The translations under genes were made by a program, and so were the position numbers. Of a DNA stretch of 64,000 nucleotides, positions 20,837-31,260 are shown one piece after another (the first letter of the stretch is position 1; every line of letters begins with the position of its first letter). A model generated the notes under the pieces. It had not been told where the DNA came from, ran no database searches, and worked only from the letters and a program-made list of their open reading frames with translations. This stretch comes from Candidatus Poribacteria bacterium (lineage in GTDB: Bacteria > Poribacteria > WGA-4E > WGA-3G): assembly GCA_965205025.1 (NCBI GenBank), contig CBDBFU010000012.1, positions 384,001 to 448,000 of the forward strand. Direction: 5' to 3'.

Positions 20837-22294
20837 TTATCCTGCTCCAATCAACCTCCGCAACGTCTGAACTAGTGTTCCCTCTGATATCCATTTTGCA
20901 GCAATCCGCCAAGTACTTGTCGAATAAGTAGGATACACATGCATCATCCCAGATAACTTTCTCAACGGTATACCTTGTTGCATTGCCAGAACATACTCGT
21001 GGATTACCTCCCCAGCATTCGTGCCTACAATGTGTACTCCTAATATCTTCCCTAACCATTTGCTTGTAATTACCTTAGTAAATCCTTTAGTTTCACCATC
21101 AGCAACCGCTCTATCAACATCGGTTTGAGGTAACAGAAAAACATCAACATCACCATGTTTCTCACGCGCTTCCTCCTCTGTTAACCCACATCGAGCAACT
21201 TCTGGATCAGAAAATGTTGTCCACGGTACAACGGAATAATCTATCTTCTGTGACCAAGGTAATAAGAAATTTCTAACAAGCAATTGTGCTTGATATGCTG
21301 CCACATGTGTAAATAAATACTCTCCAATGACATCTCCTGCAGCATAGATATTCTTAACATGTGTCTGAAGTTTCCGATTAACCACAATCCTCTTCTTATC
21401 AACATGTACACCAATATCCTCAAGTTTCAATCCTTCTATATTAGGCAACCGCCCCGCAGCTATCAATATCTTATCAAAAACTTGTATATCATCATTTAAT
21501 TCGTTTACGGTCTCGGAACATTTAAAGGACACAGAAATTTCAGAATCCACTTTTCTCATCTCGGATATAGTACAATTTAGTTTGAATTCAATACCCTCCG
21601 CGCTAAGGTATTCCAATATCTTCTCGGAAACATCGAAATCTTCTTTTTTTAAGATGTTACTACTTCTTTGTATGATTGTAACCTGTGATCCTAATCTCTG
21701 AAATGCTTGTCCTAACTCAATGCCAATTGGACCCGCACCAACAACCAACAATCTCTTTGGTAATTCTTCCAAATCCCATACATTTTCACTATCAAGATAA
21801 TCACATGAATCTAACCCTGGTATATCAGGAATTAAAGGACGAGATCCTGTGGAAATGACAAATTTCTTACTATGGATCATTCTTGTTGTTCCATTTTCTG
21901 AATCTTCAACTACGAATGTATTTGGATTTTGAAAATGTCCATTACCAAATACGACTTCAACCCCCATATCGCGAAATCGTTCCGGATTATCATGTTCTTC
22001 TTCAATTGTATGTTGTGCATCTTGGATATATCTCTTCACACTATCCCAATCAATTTCTTGCTCCACACTATCAATACCATAATTCTCTGAATTTTTGAGA
22101 TAGTTAGCAACCTTCGCTACCTTTAAGAGCGCTTTAGATGGCACACATCCAGTCCAAAGACAATCCCCACCAATACGATGTTTTTCAATCAGTACTGTTC
22201 TTCTACCAAGTTTGACACCTGCAATAGCAAGTACAAGTCCAGCACTTCCACCTCCGATGATTGCAATATCAAAGTTTTCCAATGGTGACTCCAA
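20837..22294 (-). CDS. Pyridine nucleotide-disulfide oxidoreductase (MerA/Lpd-like)
   Basis: IIGGGSAG, GGDCLWTGCVPSK, GAGPIGIE, AAGDV and HVYPT motifs; no C-terminal Cys-Cys of true MerA. Confidence 0.88.
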   Translation of the reverse strand: MESPLENFDIAIIGGGSAGLVLAIAGVKLGRRTVLIEKHRIGGDCLWTGCVPSKALLKVAKVANYLKNSENYGIDSVEQEIDWDSVKRYIQDAQHTIEEEHDNPERFRDMGVEVVFGNGHFQNPNTFVVEDSENGTTRMIHSKKFVISTGSRPLIPDIPGLDSCDYLDSENVWDLEELPKRLLVVGAGPIGIELGQAFQRLGSQVTIIQRSSNILKKEDFDVSEKILEYLSAEGIEFKLNCTISEMRKVDSEISVSFKCSETVNELNDDIQVFDKILIAAGRLPNIEGLKLEDIGVHVDKKRIVVNRKLQTHVKNIYAAGDVIGEYLFTHVAAYQAQLLVRNFLLPWSQKIDYSVVPWTTFSDPEVARCGLTEEEAREKHGDVDVFLLPQTDVDRAVADGETKGFTKVITSKWLGKILGVHIVGTNAGEVIHEYVLAMQQGIPLRKLSGMMHVYPTYSTSTWRIAAKWISEGTLVQTLRRLIGAG

Positions 22295-22312
22295 TACACT
22301 TCATATCTGATC

Positions 22313-23854
22313 CTAATGTCGTAGTACTTTACCGGGAAGTTTATTAGTTACATTCCCATTTTCAACAACCGGTATACCGTTAACAAAAACCCAATCCACA
22401 CCTACTGCTGGTTGTATAGGATCAAACCAAGTTGAACGATCTGATACAGTTTCAGGATTAAAAATGACGATATCTGCGGCTAAACCTTCTGAGATAATAC
22501 CACGATCAGATAAACGAAATCTCTCTGCTGGAAATCCACTCATTTTATAAACAGCTTCTTTCAATGAGACTAACTTTCGTTCACGAACAAACTTACCCAA
22601 ATACTGGACAAAACAACCGTGACTACGGGGATGAGGATGTGGTATATTATAGACTCCATCACTGGCAATCATCATTCTTGGGTGTGTTGCTGTCTGGTTA
22701 AGGATAATCTCATTTTCCTCTGGTGTTGATACCCACGGCATAATGAATGTCTCAATTGCCAATTCATCCTGTATAAAATCATAAGCAAATTCTTCGATCG
22801 ATTTATTTTCTGATTTCGCAGATTCAATTAGTGTCTTTCCAATGTATCTCCCAGATCGATTGTACCCAACAATTTGATTACCCTTCCCCAATTTATCTCT
22901 TAGGTAGGGTAAGGATTCTTCTCTTACTGTGTCATTTTCAAGATTTGCTAACATTGCATCGGGTGTACCAGTTTGATATTCCATAGGTAACATCATAGCA
23001 AGATGTGTCATACCAGCAGGATATAAATAAGATTCAAATGTTAAATCAATATCCTCACGATCAATCCTCTCAAGAACTACTGCAGATTCGTCATCAACTC
23101 TCTCATGTGAAATATGTACGGGTATGTTGGCTTGTCTTGCTATATCTATGGTCTCCTCCCATGCTGCCTTTCTTCCTATGAGTTGATAACGGATATGTGC
23201 TGCATAGATTGCATCATAACTTGCCGCAATCTTCGATAGATATACCAACTCATTCAAATCAGCATTTGCAGACGGTTGATAGTCAAGACCTAAACATAAA
23301 CAACATGCCCCTGCCTCAAGCCACTCGCGTGTAATCCGTTCCATTACTTTTAGTTCATCAGAAGTAGCAGGACGGGGTTCCCATCCCATCGCCGCTAATC
23401 TAACTGAACAATGCGGAACTTGAGGATACAAATTTGCTGGAATCCGATCCTTAAACATTGATAGATATTCATCAGGAGAATTCCAATTAAGTGCAACTTC
23501 ATCATCCCCATAAGCAAATTGTGTATAATGCCACAGTTCTTCGGCAAGATTCTTTGGTAATGGTGCCCAACCAAAACCATCTGGTGCAGCTAAATGGGTT
23601 GTCACACCTTGTCTAACTGCAGCATATTGATCACGACCACCGAGTAAGGAGATTTCTGAATGCACATGCACATCAACGAATCCAGGACATACAACGAGTC
23701 CATCTGCCGAAATCATATTCTTTGATGTAGATGCTTTTAAATCACCTATTACAGCAATCGAATCTCCCATAATACCAATATCTGCAGTAAAAGGCTCATT
23801 TTTGCCACTACCATCAATTATATTTCCACCTGCAATAATAATATCATAATCCAC
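22313..23854 (-). CDS. N-acyl-D-amino-acid deacylase family amidohydrolase
   Basis: PGFVDVHVHS, AAHIR, HISH, IASDG..HPRSHG and ADIVIF motifs. Confidence 0.85.
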   Translation of the reverse strand: MDYDIIIAGGNIIDGSGKNEPFTADIGIMGDSIAVIGDLKASTSKNMISADGLVVCPGFVDVHVHSEISLLGGRDQYAAVRQGVTTHLAAPDGFGWAPLPKNLAEELWHYTQFAYGDDEVALNWNSPDEYLSMFKDRIPANLYPQVPHCSVRLAAMGWEPRPATSDELKVMERITREWLEAGACCLCLGLDYQPSANADLNELVYLSKIAASYDAIYAAHIRYQLIGRKAAWEETIDIARQANIPVHISHERVDDESAVVLERIDREDIDLTFESYLYPAGMTHLAMMLPMEYQTGTPDAMLANLENDTVREESLPYLRDKLGKGNQIVGYNRSGRYIGKTLIESAKSENKSIEEFAYDFIQDELAIETFIMPWVSTPEENEIILNQTATHPRMMIASDGVYNIPHPHPRSHGCFVQYLGKFVRERKLVSLKEAVYKMSGFPAERFRLSDRGIISEGLAADIVIFNPETVSDRSTWFDPIQPAVGVDWVFVNGIPVVENGNVTNKLPGKVLRH

Positions 23855-24320
23855 TAATATATCCTTTCTGGTATGAACAAAGTTTCTTATACCTCACCAG
23901 GTTCTCTTCAAACTAAAATGTATGCTTTATCTTTTACTTCACATATTTATTTCTATCCATATTAAGCAACAATTGTTCTATATCAAAAATAGATACATTT
24001 GCTTAAAACTTGTTGCCATATAGTCCACTAATTAGAGACCTATCTCACTACGCATTATACCATACCTCTAATCATTTAACTATACCTGTCATATTCTTTG
24101 GTGTGTAAATTTTTCCATCCTACCATCCTTCCGTCCTTCCATATTAATGACATAACACAAAAAGTAAAACAAAGAATAGAATAACCAAAATAAATGAAAA
24201 ACATTGAAGAAAACCAAACCATAACACAACTAAAGATATAATATTATAGAAATATCCAAAATAATAAACTAACATTAGTAAATAAAATAATGAAATATAT
24301 CACAATATATTATTTTTATC

Positions 24321-24349
24321 TTGACACATATACCTTATTATGTTACTAT
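24321..24349 (+). promoter_or_regulatory. Near-consensus sigma70 promoter with no downstream ORF
   Basis: TTGACA-N17-TACTAT with an extended -10 TG. Confidence 0.55.
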
Positions 24350-25422
24350 ATATATCACAGTAAAAGCATAACTAAAATGTTGTTATGAAACTTTCATAAC
24401 AGTTATGAAAAGGAAATCACAATCTGATACACCTACAAACCTATACCAGAACAGGGTTCAGAACACTTCAAACAAGAACAGAGTATGAATTTTTTAAAAA
24501 AATTAAAAAACTAACATATTTTGAGGTATATTAACAAACCCTTTCTGGGACTGACTTTAGAGCGGTTTAAAACATGCTGATTAAAAATTGTGTTATGAAA
24601 ATACTATTATGGTGTATCTCATAGAATGAATCGTTATTAACATCTACAAAAAGAAGATAGAGCAATAAATAGGAAGAAAAGAAATGACAATCCAACATTT
24701 TCATAAAAATACAATCAGAAATAGAAAAAATAGCGTATGGCTTCAGGGGTCAGCAAATGCAGAAAAACCAGAAAATAACACAAAAATCAAAATTCTTAAA
24801 ATTTCAATAAATTACCATAAACCCAGTCTACCACAGGGATTAGAGCGTTTTTTCAAAGTTACACCATGTAACGAAAAGTGTAACTTTTTCATTTTACTCT
24901 CTTTCATTTTACTAAAGCGTATCTCATTATTACAGTTCCTCTTCGTAGGGACGGGGTCTCCCCGTCCGAATCTTCGTAGAAACGCCATCTCCCCCTTGGT
25001 TCAAAATATAGCAAATGGCAAGAACAACGAATTCTCCAAATATAGGATGTATGAGATAAACTCGAACATCTTGTCAAAATGGATAGACAAGATATTTCAC
25101 ATTCATACGTTCCCAATTCAATGGATTAAAAGAAAAGGAAAAGATACCAAAGTGTCACTTTTGCAAATTCTTGTTACCACAAAAAAGTAGCTCTAAACAC
25201 AGAGTAGTACTGACGGGATAGAGGTTTTACCAATGTCACATCCTGTGACAAAAAGTGTAACTTTTTTAAACATATAAACAATACAGTTATTACTATTGTG
25301 AATAATTTAAAACGCTAAATTCTCACAAGAATTACACTTGGTTCAATATACAGGGCAAGGAAAAACTATGATTTCGTGAAATTCATCACAAAACTTTACA
25401 CACCCCTCTATTTTTTGGTGGT

Positions 25423-25451
25423 TTGCATTCACATAGGTGTCATGATATAAT
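25423..25451 (+). promoter_or_regulatory. sigma70-type promoter of moeZ/moeB
   Basis: TTGCAT-N17-TATAAT with extended TG. Confidence 0.55.
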
Positions 25452-25584
25452 CTAATCAGAATTGAATTAATATGGTAATATTTCCTAATAGGTTTACATA
25501 CATCTACACTAATCCTATAAAATTTTGTTCAGAGAACAATAAGAGATTTATATACGGCAAGAAATACAATTTTGGAGAATTAGA

Positions 25585-26772
25585 ATGAAATCCTATCGAC
25601 AAATCGTTGAGGAAGCAAAAACAGAGATACCAGAAGTATCAATCGACGAAGTAAAAGACGAACAGGAACAGGACAACGACTTTGTTCTACTTGATGTAAG
25701 AGATGAAGATGAATACCGGGCTGGATATATACCTAATGCGGTTCATGTTACAAGAGGTATGTTAGAATTTTCTGTTGAAAACTATATCCCCGACCGAGAT
25801 CAGAAGGTTGTCGTATACTGTGCTGCGGGACTCCGTTCATTATTAGCAGCGAAATCTCTTCGTGAAATGGGTTATACAGACACTGTTTCTATGGCAGGGG
25901 GATATCGTGATTGGTCGGCAGCTGGTTATCCAACCGACCAAGATAAACCAATGTCTCATGAACAACTTGATCGCTATAGTCGACATTTTATGTTGACCGA
26001 AGTCGGTGAGCAAGGTCAAGCAAAACTACTTGATGCAAAAGTATTAATGGTGGGAGCAGGAGGATTAGGATCACCAGCAGGAGTATATCTCGGTGCTGCT
26101 GGAATAGGACAAATGGGGATAATCGATTCAGATGTAGTTGAATTAAGCAACCTACAAAGACAAATTTTACATAGAACTGAGGCAGTAGGTACACCCAAAG
26201 TACAATCTGCAACTACCACTATAAAATCTCTTAATCCTGATGTAGAAATTACACCATATAACACTCGTTTAACTGCTGATAATGTTGAAGAGATCTTCTC
26301 AGAATATGACCTAATCGTTGATGGATGCGATAACTTTGCTACACGTTTCCTTGTAAACGATGCTGCCTATTTTATGAAGAAACCGGTTGTACATGGTAGT
26401 ATTTTTCAGTTTGAAGGACAAGTAACCCTCTTAGATCCAAATGAGGGTCCCTGTTACCGTTGTATGTATCCTACGCCACCACCTCCTGGTTTAGTCCCAA
26501 GCTGAAGTGAAGCAGGAGTCCTGGGCGTGCTCCCAGGTATAATCGGCGTGATGATGGCAACAGAAGCAATAAAATATATTCTTGGAATCGGTGAACCCCT
26601 AATAGGTAGACTTATTCTATATGATGCGCTTGGAATGACCTATCGAGAAATGAAGACAGTTAAAGATGAACATTGTCCCTTATGCAGTGATAATCCCGTA
26701 ATTACACAATTAATTGATGATTATGATGCAGCCGCGGAGAATCCAGAAACTTATGCACCTGCTGCGGATTAA
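25585..26772 (+). CDS. moeB: Rhodanese-MoeB/ThiF (MoeZ-type) adenylyltransferase; probable selenoprotein read through TGA 26503-26505 (395 aa)
   Basis: Rhodanese YCAAGLRS, RYSRH, GAGGLG, SNLQRQ, DNF and CYRC. Frame continues PPPGLVPS-TGA-SEAGVLGVLPG to CPLC and TAA 26772; the two listed ORFs are in the same frame. Confidence 0.88.
26506..26537 (+). promoter_or_regulatory. Candidate bacterial SECIS hairpin
   Basis: CCTGGG-CGTGCT-CCCAGG stem-loop (26520-26537); the loop starts 20 nt after UGA and contains GU. Locally GC-rich in an AT-rich gene. Confidence 0.65.
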
Positions 26773-26820
26773 GAATATATCAAACTAAGTATAATTGAAC
26801 GAAATTATGATAATTGGGTT

Positions 26821-28143
26821 ATGAATATGATTACACATATTCGAATGAAAAACTTCAAATCCTGGAAAGATAGTGGAAAAATTGATCTTGCTCCACTAAC
26901 TGGATTCTTTGGCACCAATAGTTCTGGTAAGAGTAGTCTGATGCAGATGTTGCTTGTATTAAAACAAACTGCACAGAATTCAAATCCAGATGAAGTTATC
27001 TCATTTGGAAATAAGGATTCATTCATAAATCTTGGCTCATTCAAAGATGTGATATTTGGTCATTTAAAAGATGAAATTCTTGAATTAGAGTTTGGATGTA
27101 AATTACAGAAACCAATTATGTTAGATGTATATGATAATCAAGATTTAATGATTAAAATTGAATCCTTCATTTTCAACACTTCAATTTCATCAATATCATC
27201 TAATTTACATGTCTCTGAGCTGATATATACGGTTGAGGTTCCAACCAGTATTATTATTCGTTGGAAGGACAGAGAAATGTTAGTCGAATTTAATTCTCAA
27301 CAAGAAATAAGTAAGATTTATGATACTTCATATGGTGATAGGAATTGCTATGGTAAAACATCTATATTGTATAAGGAATTAAGATTATTCACCGATGCAT
27401 TTGAAACTACATTTTCTAATGTTTTCTATCTTGGTCCAACAAGAGTAGAACCACAACGATTCTATCACTGGCAAGGAACACATCCAAAGGATATAAATCA
27501 GTGGGGTAATCAGACAATCGAAGCACTTCTATCTGCCCGTGTGCGGAAATTGAAAACAAATCAGGATAAAGAGAAAATACCTATTGAAGACAAAATCTCT
27601 AATTGGTTACAGGAAATGGACCTTGCACATTCTTATTCTCTTGACTTGGTGACTGAAGGTGCTCAAGAGTATGAAGTAAGACTACAAAAAAACTCATTGA
27701 GTCCACCGGTAACCCTTGTTGATATGGGTTACGGTCTTGGTCAATTCCTACCTGTTCTCGTTTTATGTTATTATGCCCCAGAAGGATCAACACTCATACT
27801 TGAACAACCTGGTATTCACCTACATCCAAGAGTTCAATCACAAGTTGCTGACCTCCTAATAGAAGTTGTCAAAGAACGAAATCTACAAATACTGGTTGAA
27901 AGCCATAGCGAACATCTGTTAAATAGACTACAACGACGCATCGCCGAAGAGAAAATTAGTTCTGAAGAAACCGCACTCTATTTTTGTAGAAACGATGACG
28001 GAGAATCAACAATTGAACAATTGAAAATAGATGAATTCGGTAATATCTTCAATTGGCCAGACAAATTCTTTGGAGACGAAATGGGAGACCTATTTGCTAT
28101 GACAGAAGCACAGAATAAACGTCAGAAAAGATCGGAGAGTTGA
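26821..28143 (+). CDS. ABC-type AAA ATPase (AAA_15/AAA_21) with DUF3696-like C-terminus
   Basis: NFKS, Walker A GTNSSGKSS, DMGYGLGQ, LILEQP.IHLHP, ESHSEH and IDEFGNIFNWPDKFF. Confidence 0.85.
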   Translation: MNMITHIRMKNFKSWKDSGKIDLAPLTGFFGTNSSGKSSLMQMLLVLKQTAQNSNPDEVISFGNKDSFINLGSFKDVIFGHLKDEILELEFGCKLQKPIMLDVYDNQDLMIKIESFIFNTSISSISSNLHVSELIYTVEVPTSIIIRWKDREMLVEFNSQQEISKIYDTSYGDRNCYGKTSILYKELRLFTDAFETTFSNVFYLGPTRVEPQRFYHWQGTHPKDINQWGNQTIEALLSARVRKLKTNQDKEKIPIEDKISNWLQEMDLAHSYSLDLVTEGAQEYEVRLQKNSLSPPVTLVDMGYGLGQFLPVLVLCYYAPEGSTLILEQPGIHLHPRVQSQVADLLIEVVKERNLQILVESHSEHLLNRLQRRIAEEKISSEETALYFCRNDDGESTIEQLKIDEFGNIFNWPDKFFGDEMGDLFAMTEAQNKRQKRSES

Positions 28144-28663
28144 TGGAGGCAGTCATTGTAGATACAAATGTTATCGTATATGCTAATGGTACAGATGACG
28201 AAAACCTTCTTGATTGTGTTAAATCCTGTCAAATTCGACTTAATCAGATTCTCAACAGACCTGAGGTTGTTCTAATTGACGATAATTGGAGAATTCTGCG
28301 TGAATATCGAAAAATACAAAACCAAACACTAAGAAGGGTATTGGTGATCTTTTTGTAAAAACATTACTTCAAAATCTAACCAATACTAATTTCTGTAGAA
28401 TTGTTAAAATTACATCATTGACCGATAATGGAACAGAATTTAATGAGTTTCCTGATGATCCTGAATTAACTGATTTTGATCCAGATGATAGAAAATTTAT
28501 CGCTGTTGCTAATGCATACTATACGCAATACCAAGAAACTCCATCAGTACTATTAGCAATAGATAGAGGATGGCTTCATTTTATTCATCCTTTACAAAAT
28601 TATGGAGTTAAAATTGAGCTTATATGTGAAGATGATATGCTCCAAATAAAATATACTCCTTAA
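28143..28663 (+). pseudogene. PIN-like domain protein with a 1-nt frameshift at A5 (28310-28314)
   Basis: VIVDTNV N-terminus. Adding one A joins ...EYRK to NTKPNTKKGIGDLFVK...FPDDPELTDFDPDDRKFIAVA...DRGW in one frame. Confidence 0.7.
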
Positions 28664-28690
28664 ATCAAATTATCACTTTCAAAATATTTA

Positions 28691-29539
28691 ATGCGTACAA
28701 AATACCGCATAATTTTCCTTCTCTCACCAGTAATTTGGTGGCTGCTCTTTTTCTTTTTTCTCCCCTTAACCTATGTAATAATTTATAGTTTCTTAGAACG
28801 TGATACTTATGGAGGTATCCAGTGGACTTTCACACTCGAAAACTATTTTCGTTCTATTGACGGTCTATACCTTCAAGTACTATGGAGATCAATAAAGACA
28901 GGATTCGTATGTACTATCGTTTGTCTAATAATTGGATATCCGTTTGCATATTATCTGGCAGTATTTAGACCAAAACATAGAAACATATTACTTCTATTAA
29001 TTGTAATTCCGTTTTGGATTAACTTCCTAATACGCACCTATGCCTGGATTCTCATACTACGAAAAGAAGGTATTTTAAACAGTTTCCTTTCAAATCTTAT
29101 CCCTGGAATTCAACCACTTGAACTACTTAATACACCCATTGCTGTTCAAATCGGTTTAGTCTACACCTATCTTCCCTTTATGATACTTCCTCTTTACGCA
29201 TCATTAGAACAGATTGATTTTTCATTGATAGATGCCGCAATGGATTTAGGGGCTACTCCGCGTAACGCTTTTTGGCATATAACATTCCCCCTTAGTCTAC
29301 CCGGTATTCTGGCAGGATCAATGTTAGTATTTATTCCTACTGTTGGAGCATTTTTGACACCCGATTTACTGGGTGGTGGAAAAGTTAGTTATATCGGGAA
29401 TGTAATCGAAAGACAATTCAAATCTTCACTTGATTATCCATTTGGATCCGCTTTATCTATTTTATTGATGTGTTTTGTCCTTATCGGAATAATCATCTAT
29501 TTTCGTACGTTAAAAGAGAACAATAACTTAGGTTATTAG
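28691..29539 (+). CDS. potB: Spermidine/putrescine ABC transporter permease
   Basis: PFWINFLIRTYAW, YLPFMILPLY and DAAMDLGA (EAA-loop) motifs. Confidence 0.85.
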   Translation: MRTKYRIIFLLSPVIWWLLFFFFLPLTYVIIYSFLERDTYGGIQWTFTLENYFRSIDGLYLQVLWRSIKTGFVCTIVCLIIGYPFAYYLAVFRPKHRNILLLLIVIPFWINFLIRTYAWILILRKEGILNSFLSNLIPGIQPLELLNTPIAVQIGLVYTYLPFMILPLYASLEQIDFSLIDAAMDLGATPRNAFWHITFPLSLPGILAGSMLVFIPTVGAFLTPDLLGGGKVSYIGNVIERQFKSSLDYPFGSALSILLMCFVLIGIIIYFRTLKENNNLGY

Positions 29540-29601
29540 TATAATGATACAAGTAATAACAGGATATACTTATTAAATCCTAACAGTTCAACAGTAGTGT
29601 T

Positions 29602-30393
29602 TTGAAGATGAAACGTCTATTTCAACTAAATACCTTAATAGTATTCCTCTTCCTATATTTACCTATATTAGTAGTTGTGATATTCTCTTTCAACAAAGGA
29701 GATCAGATAACAATTTGGGAAGGTTTTTCAATGAGATGGTATTCTTCTCTATTGAAAAACAGGGATGTATGGCGAGCCTGTAAGAATAGTCTAATGATAG
29801 CAGGGACTGCAACTATAGTATCCACAATTATAGGCACAGCAGCAGCAATTGCAATTGAAAAACATAGATTCCGTTTTAAAACACCAGTTAGCAACTCCCT
29901 ATATCTACCTATAATAATACCAGATATTGTCTTAGCAATTGCTTTGTTGACATACTTTTCTCAATTAAAAATACAATTAAACTTATTTACTGTTATAATT
30001 GCACATGTTGTTTTTAATATAGCCTATGTAACAATTATAGTTAGAGCACGTCTGCAAGGATATGACCAGACAATTGAAGAAGCTGCACTTGACCTTGGTG
30101 CCAATGAGTGGCAGACTTTTTATAGGGTAACACTACCTATTATCTCTCCTGGAATAATTGGTGGTGCACTCCTTGCCTTTACTTTATCTATTGACGATTT
30201 TGTCATTACATTCTTCACAGCTGGCGTAGGATATACAACTCTTTCTGTATATATCTATAATTCACTAAAATTTGGTATTACACCAGAGATAAACGCTATT
30301 TCTACGATGTTGTTATTCAATTCTATCATATTCATTATTTTGTTCTTATGGTTTCGTACAAAAAACCTATATAATAGATCCGAGAGAGCTTGA
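29602..30393 (+). CDS. potC: Spermidine/putrescine ABC transporter permease
   Basis: FLYLPI..FSFN, EEAALDLGA, FTLSIDDF and PEINAIST motifs. Confidence 0.87.
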   Translation: MKMKRLFQLNTLIVFLFLYLPILVVVIFSFNKGDQITIWEGFSMRWYSSLLKNRDVWRACKNSLMIAGTATIVSTIIGTAAAIAIEKHRFRFKTPVSNSLYLPIIIPDIVLAIALLTYFSQLKIQLNLFTVIIAHVVFNIAYVTIIVRARLQGYDQTIEEAALDLGANEWQTFYRVTLPIISPGIIGGALLAFTLSIDDFVITFFTAGVGYTTLSVYIYNSLKFGITPEINAISTMLLFNSIIFIILFLWFRTKNLYNRSERA

Positions 30394-30452
30394 ATCATCC
30401 TAATTAAATGAGAATATAACTATTGATTTCCAAATCATAATTTGGATATAAT

Positions 30453-31244
30453 TTGTTACTATTGATAAGAAATTTAATGATATATTTAATACCTTTATAT
30501 AGAATAGGATTAAATTACCTATTACTATTTCCAATTATCTGTCTTATACCTCTTATTATTGCATGTGACACTGAAAATCTACTCAATACAGAATTGGAAA
30601 TGCTTGAAATTGAAGTAGAGACAGAATCACAACAGCTAATTATTGGGGATACTACTACTCTTAATGCAACCGTTGATTACACTGGAGATCCTTCTGCGTT
30701 GATATATAAATGGAACGCAGATGCAGGAAGAATCCTTGGTAAGGGTAGAAGTATTGTATATGTTGCCCCACAGTCAGCTGGACGTTATACCATATCTCTT
30801 GAGGTTACTGATGGGAAGATTAAAAAGACCTACTCTCTTCACATTGATGTAGAGATCGGAAACGCAATCATTCTACTGCCTAACCGGCATTGGAAAGGAA
30901 ATACATTCACTCAGGAACTAACTTTTAGATTGAGTGTACATGAAATTCATAGAGAAAATATTACCTTGAGATATGAAATCCTACAAGAATCCGCACGAAT
31001 TGGTGCATTTCTTAGTATTGCTATAAACGATACAAACACCATAGAAGATAACTTAATCGGTACTGTACAACCCGGCGAACCGTTGATAGTTGCTGATGAT
31101 GTTGATGTTTCTCATCTAATTACTGAAACAGGTATCTATGAAGTCAAATTGACATTGGATGTCATTGATGTAATGGATAATGCCTGGTTGTTAAAGAAAT
31201 TAATGTTCATTGGTTTAGAAGGTACACTTTCAGAAATACAATAA
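30453..31244 (+). CDS. Putative lipoprotein with Ig/PKD-like domain
   Basis: Hydrophobic stretch ending IIAC; YKW..G......YVAP...G.YTISLEVTDG Ig-like pattern. Start codon uncertain. Confidence 0.55.
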   Translation: MLLLIRNLMIYLIPLYRIGLNYLLLFPIICLIPLIIACDTENLLNTELEMLEIEVETESQQLIIGDTTTLNATVDYTGDPSALIYKWNADAGRILGKGRSIVYVAPQSAGRYTISLEVTDGKIKKTYSLHIDVEIGNAIILLPNRHWKGNTFTQELTFRLSVHEIHRENITLRYEILQESARIGAFLSIAINDTNTIEDNLIGTVQPGEPLIVADDVDVSHLITETGIYEVKLTLDVIDVMDNAWLLKKLMFIGLEGTLSEIQ

Positions 31245-31260
31245 AAGAACAGGAATAGAA

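Noticed and set aside
20837-22294. Mercuric reductase merA
   Set aside because: Has the redox CxxxxC but no C-terminal Cys-Cys pair, no NmerA domain and no mer genes nearby.
24684-25190. 168-aa ORF in the long intergenic region
   Set aside because: K/N/I-rich low-complexity translation, no recognisable motif, and it runs through a REP hairpin and non-coding repeats; probably spurious.
24380-25380. CRISPR array or replication origin
   Set aside because: Repeats are degenerate and irregularly spaced, with no cas genes and no cluster of TTATCCACA DnaA boxes.
26503-26505. moeB as a nonsense pseudogene, or UGA reassigned genome-wide
   Set aside because: The TGA falls exactly on the conserved Cys with a downstream hairpin and an intact distal frame, while other genes use TGA as a normal stop (e.g. 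28141-28143, 30391-30393).
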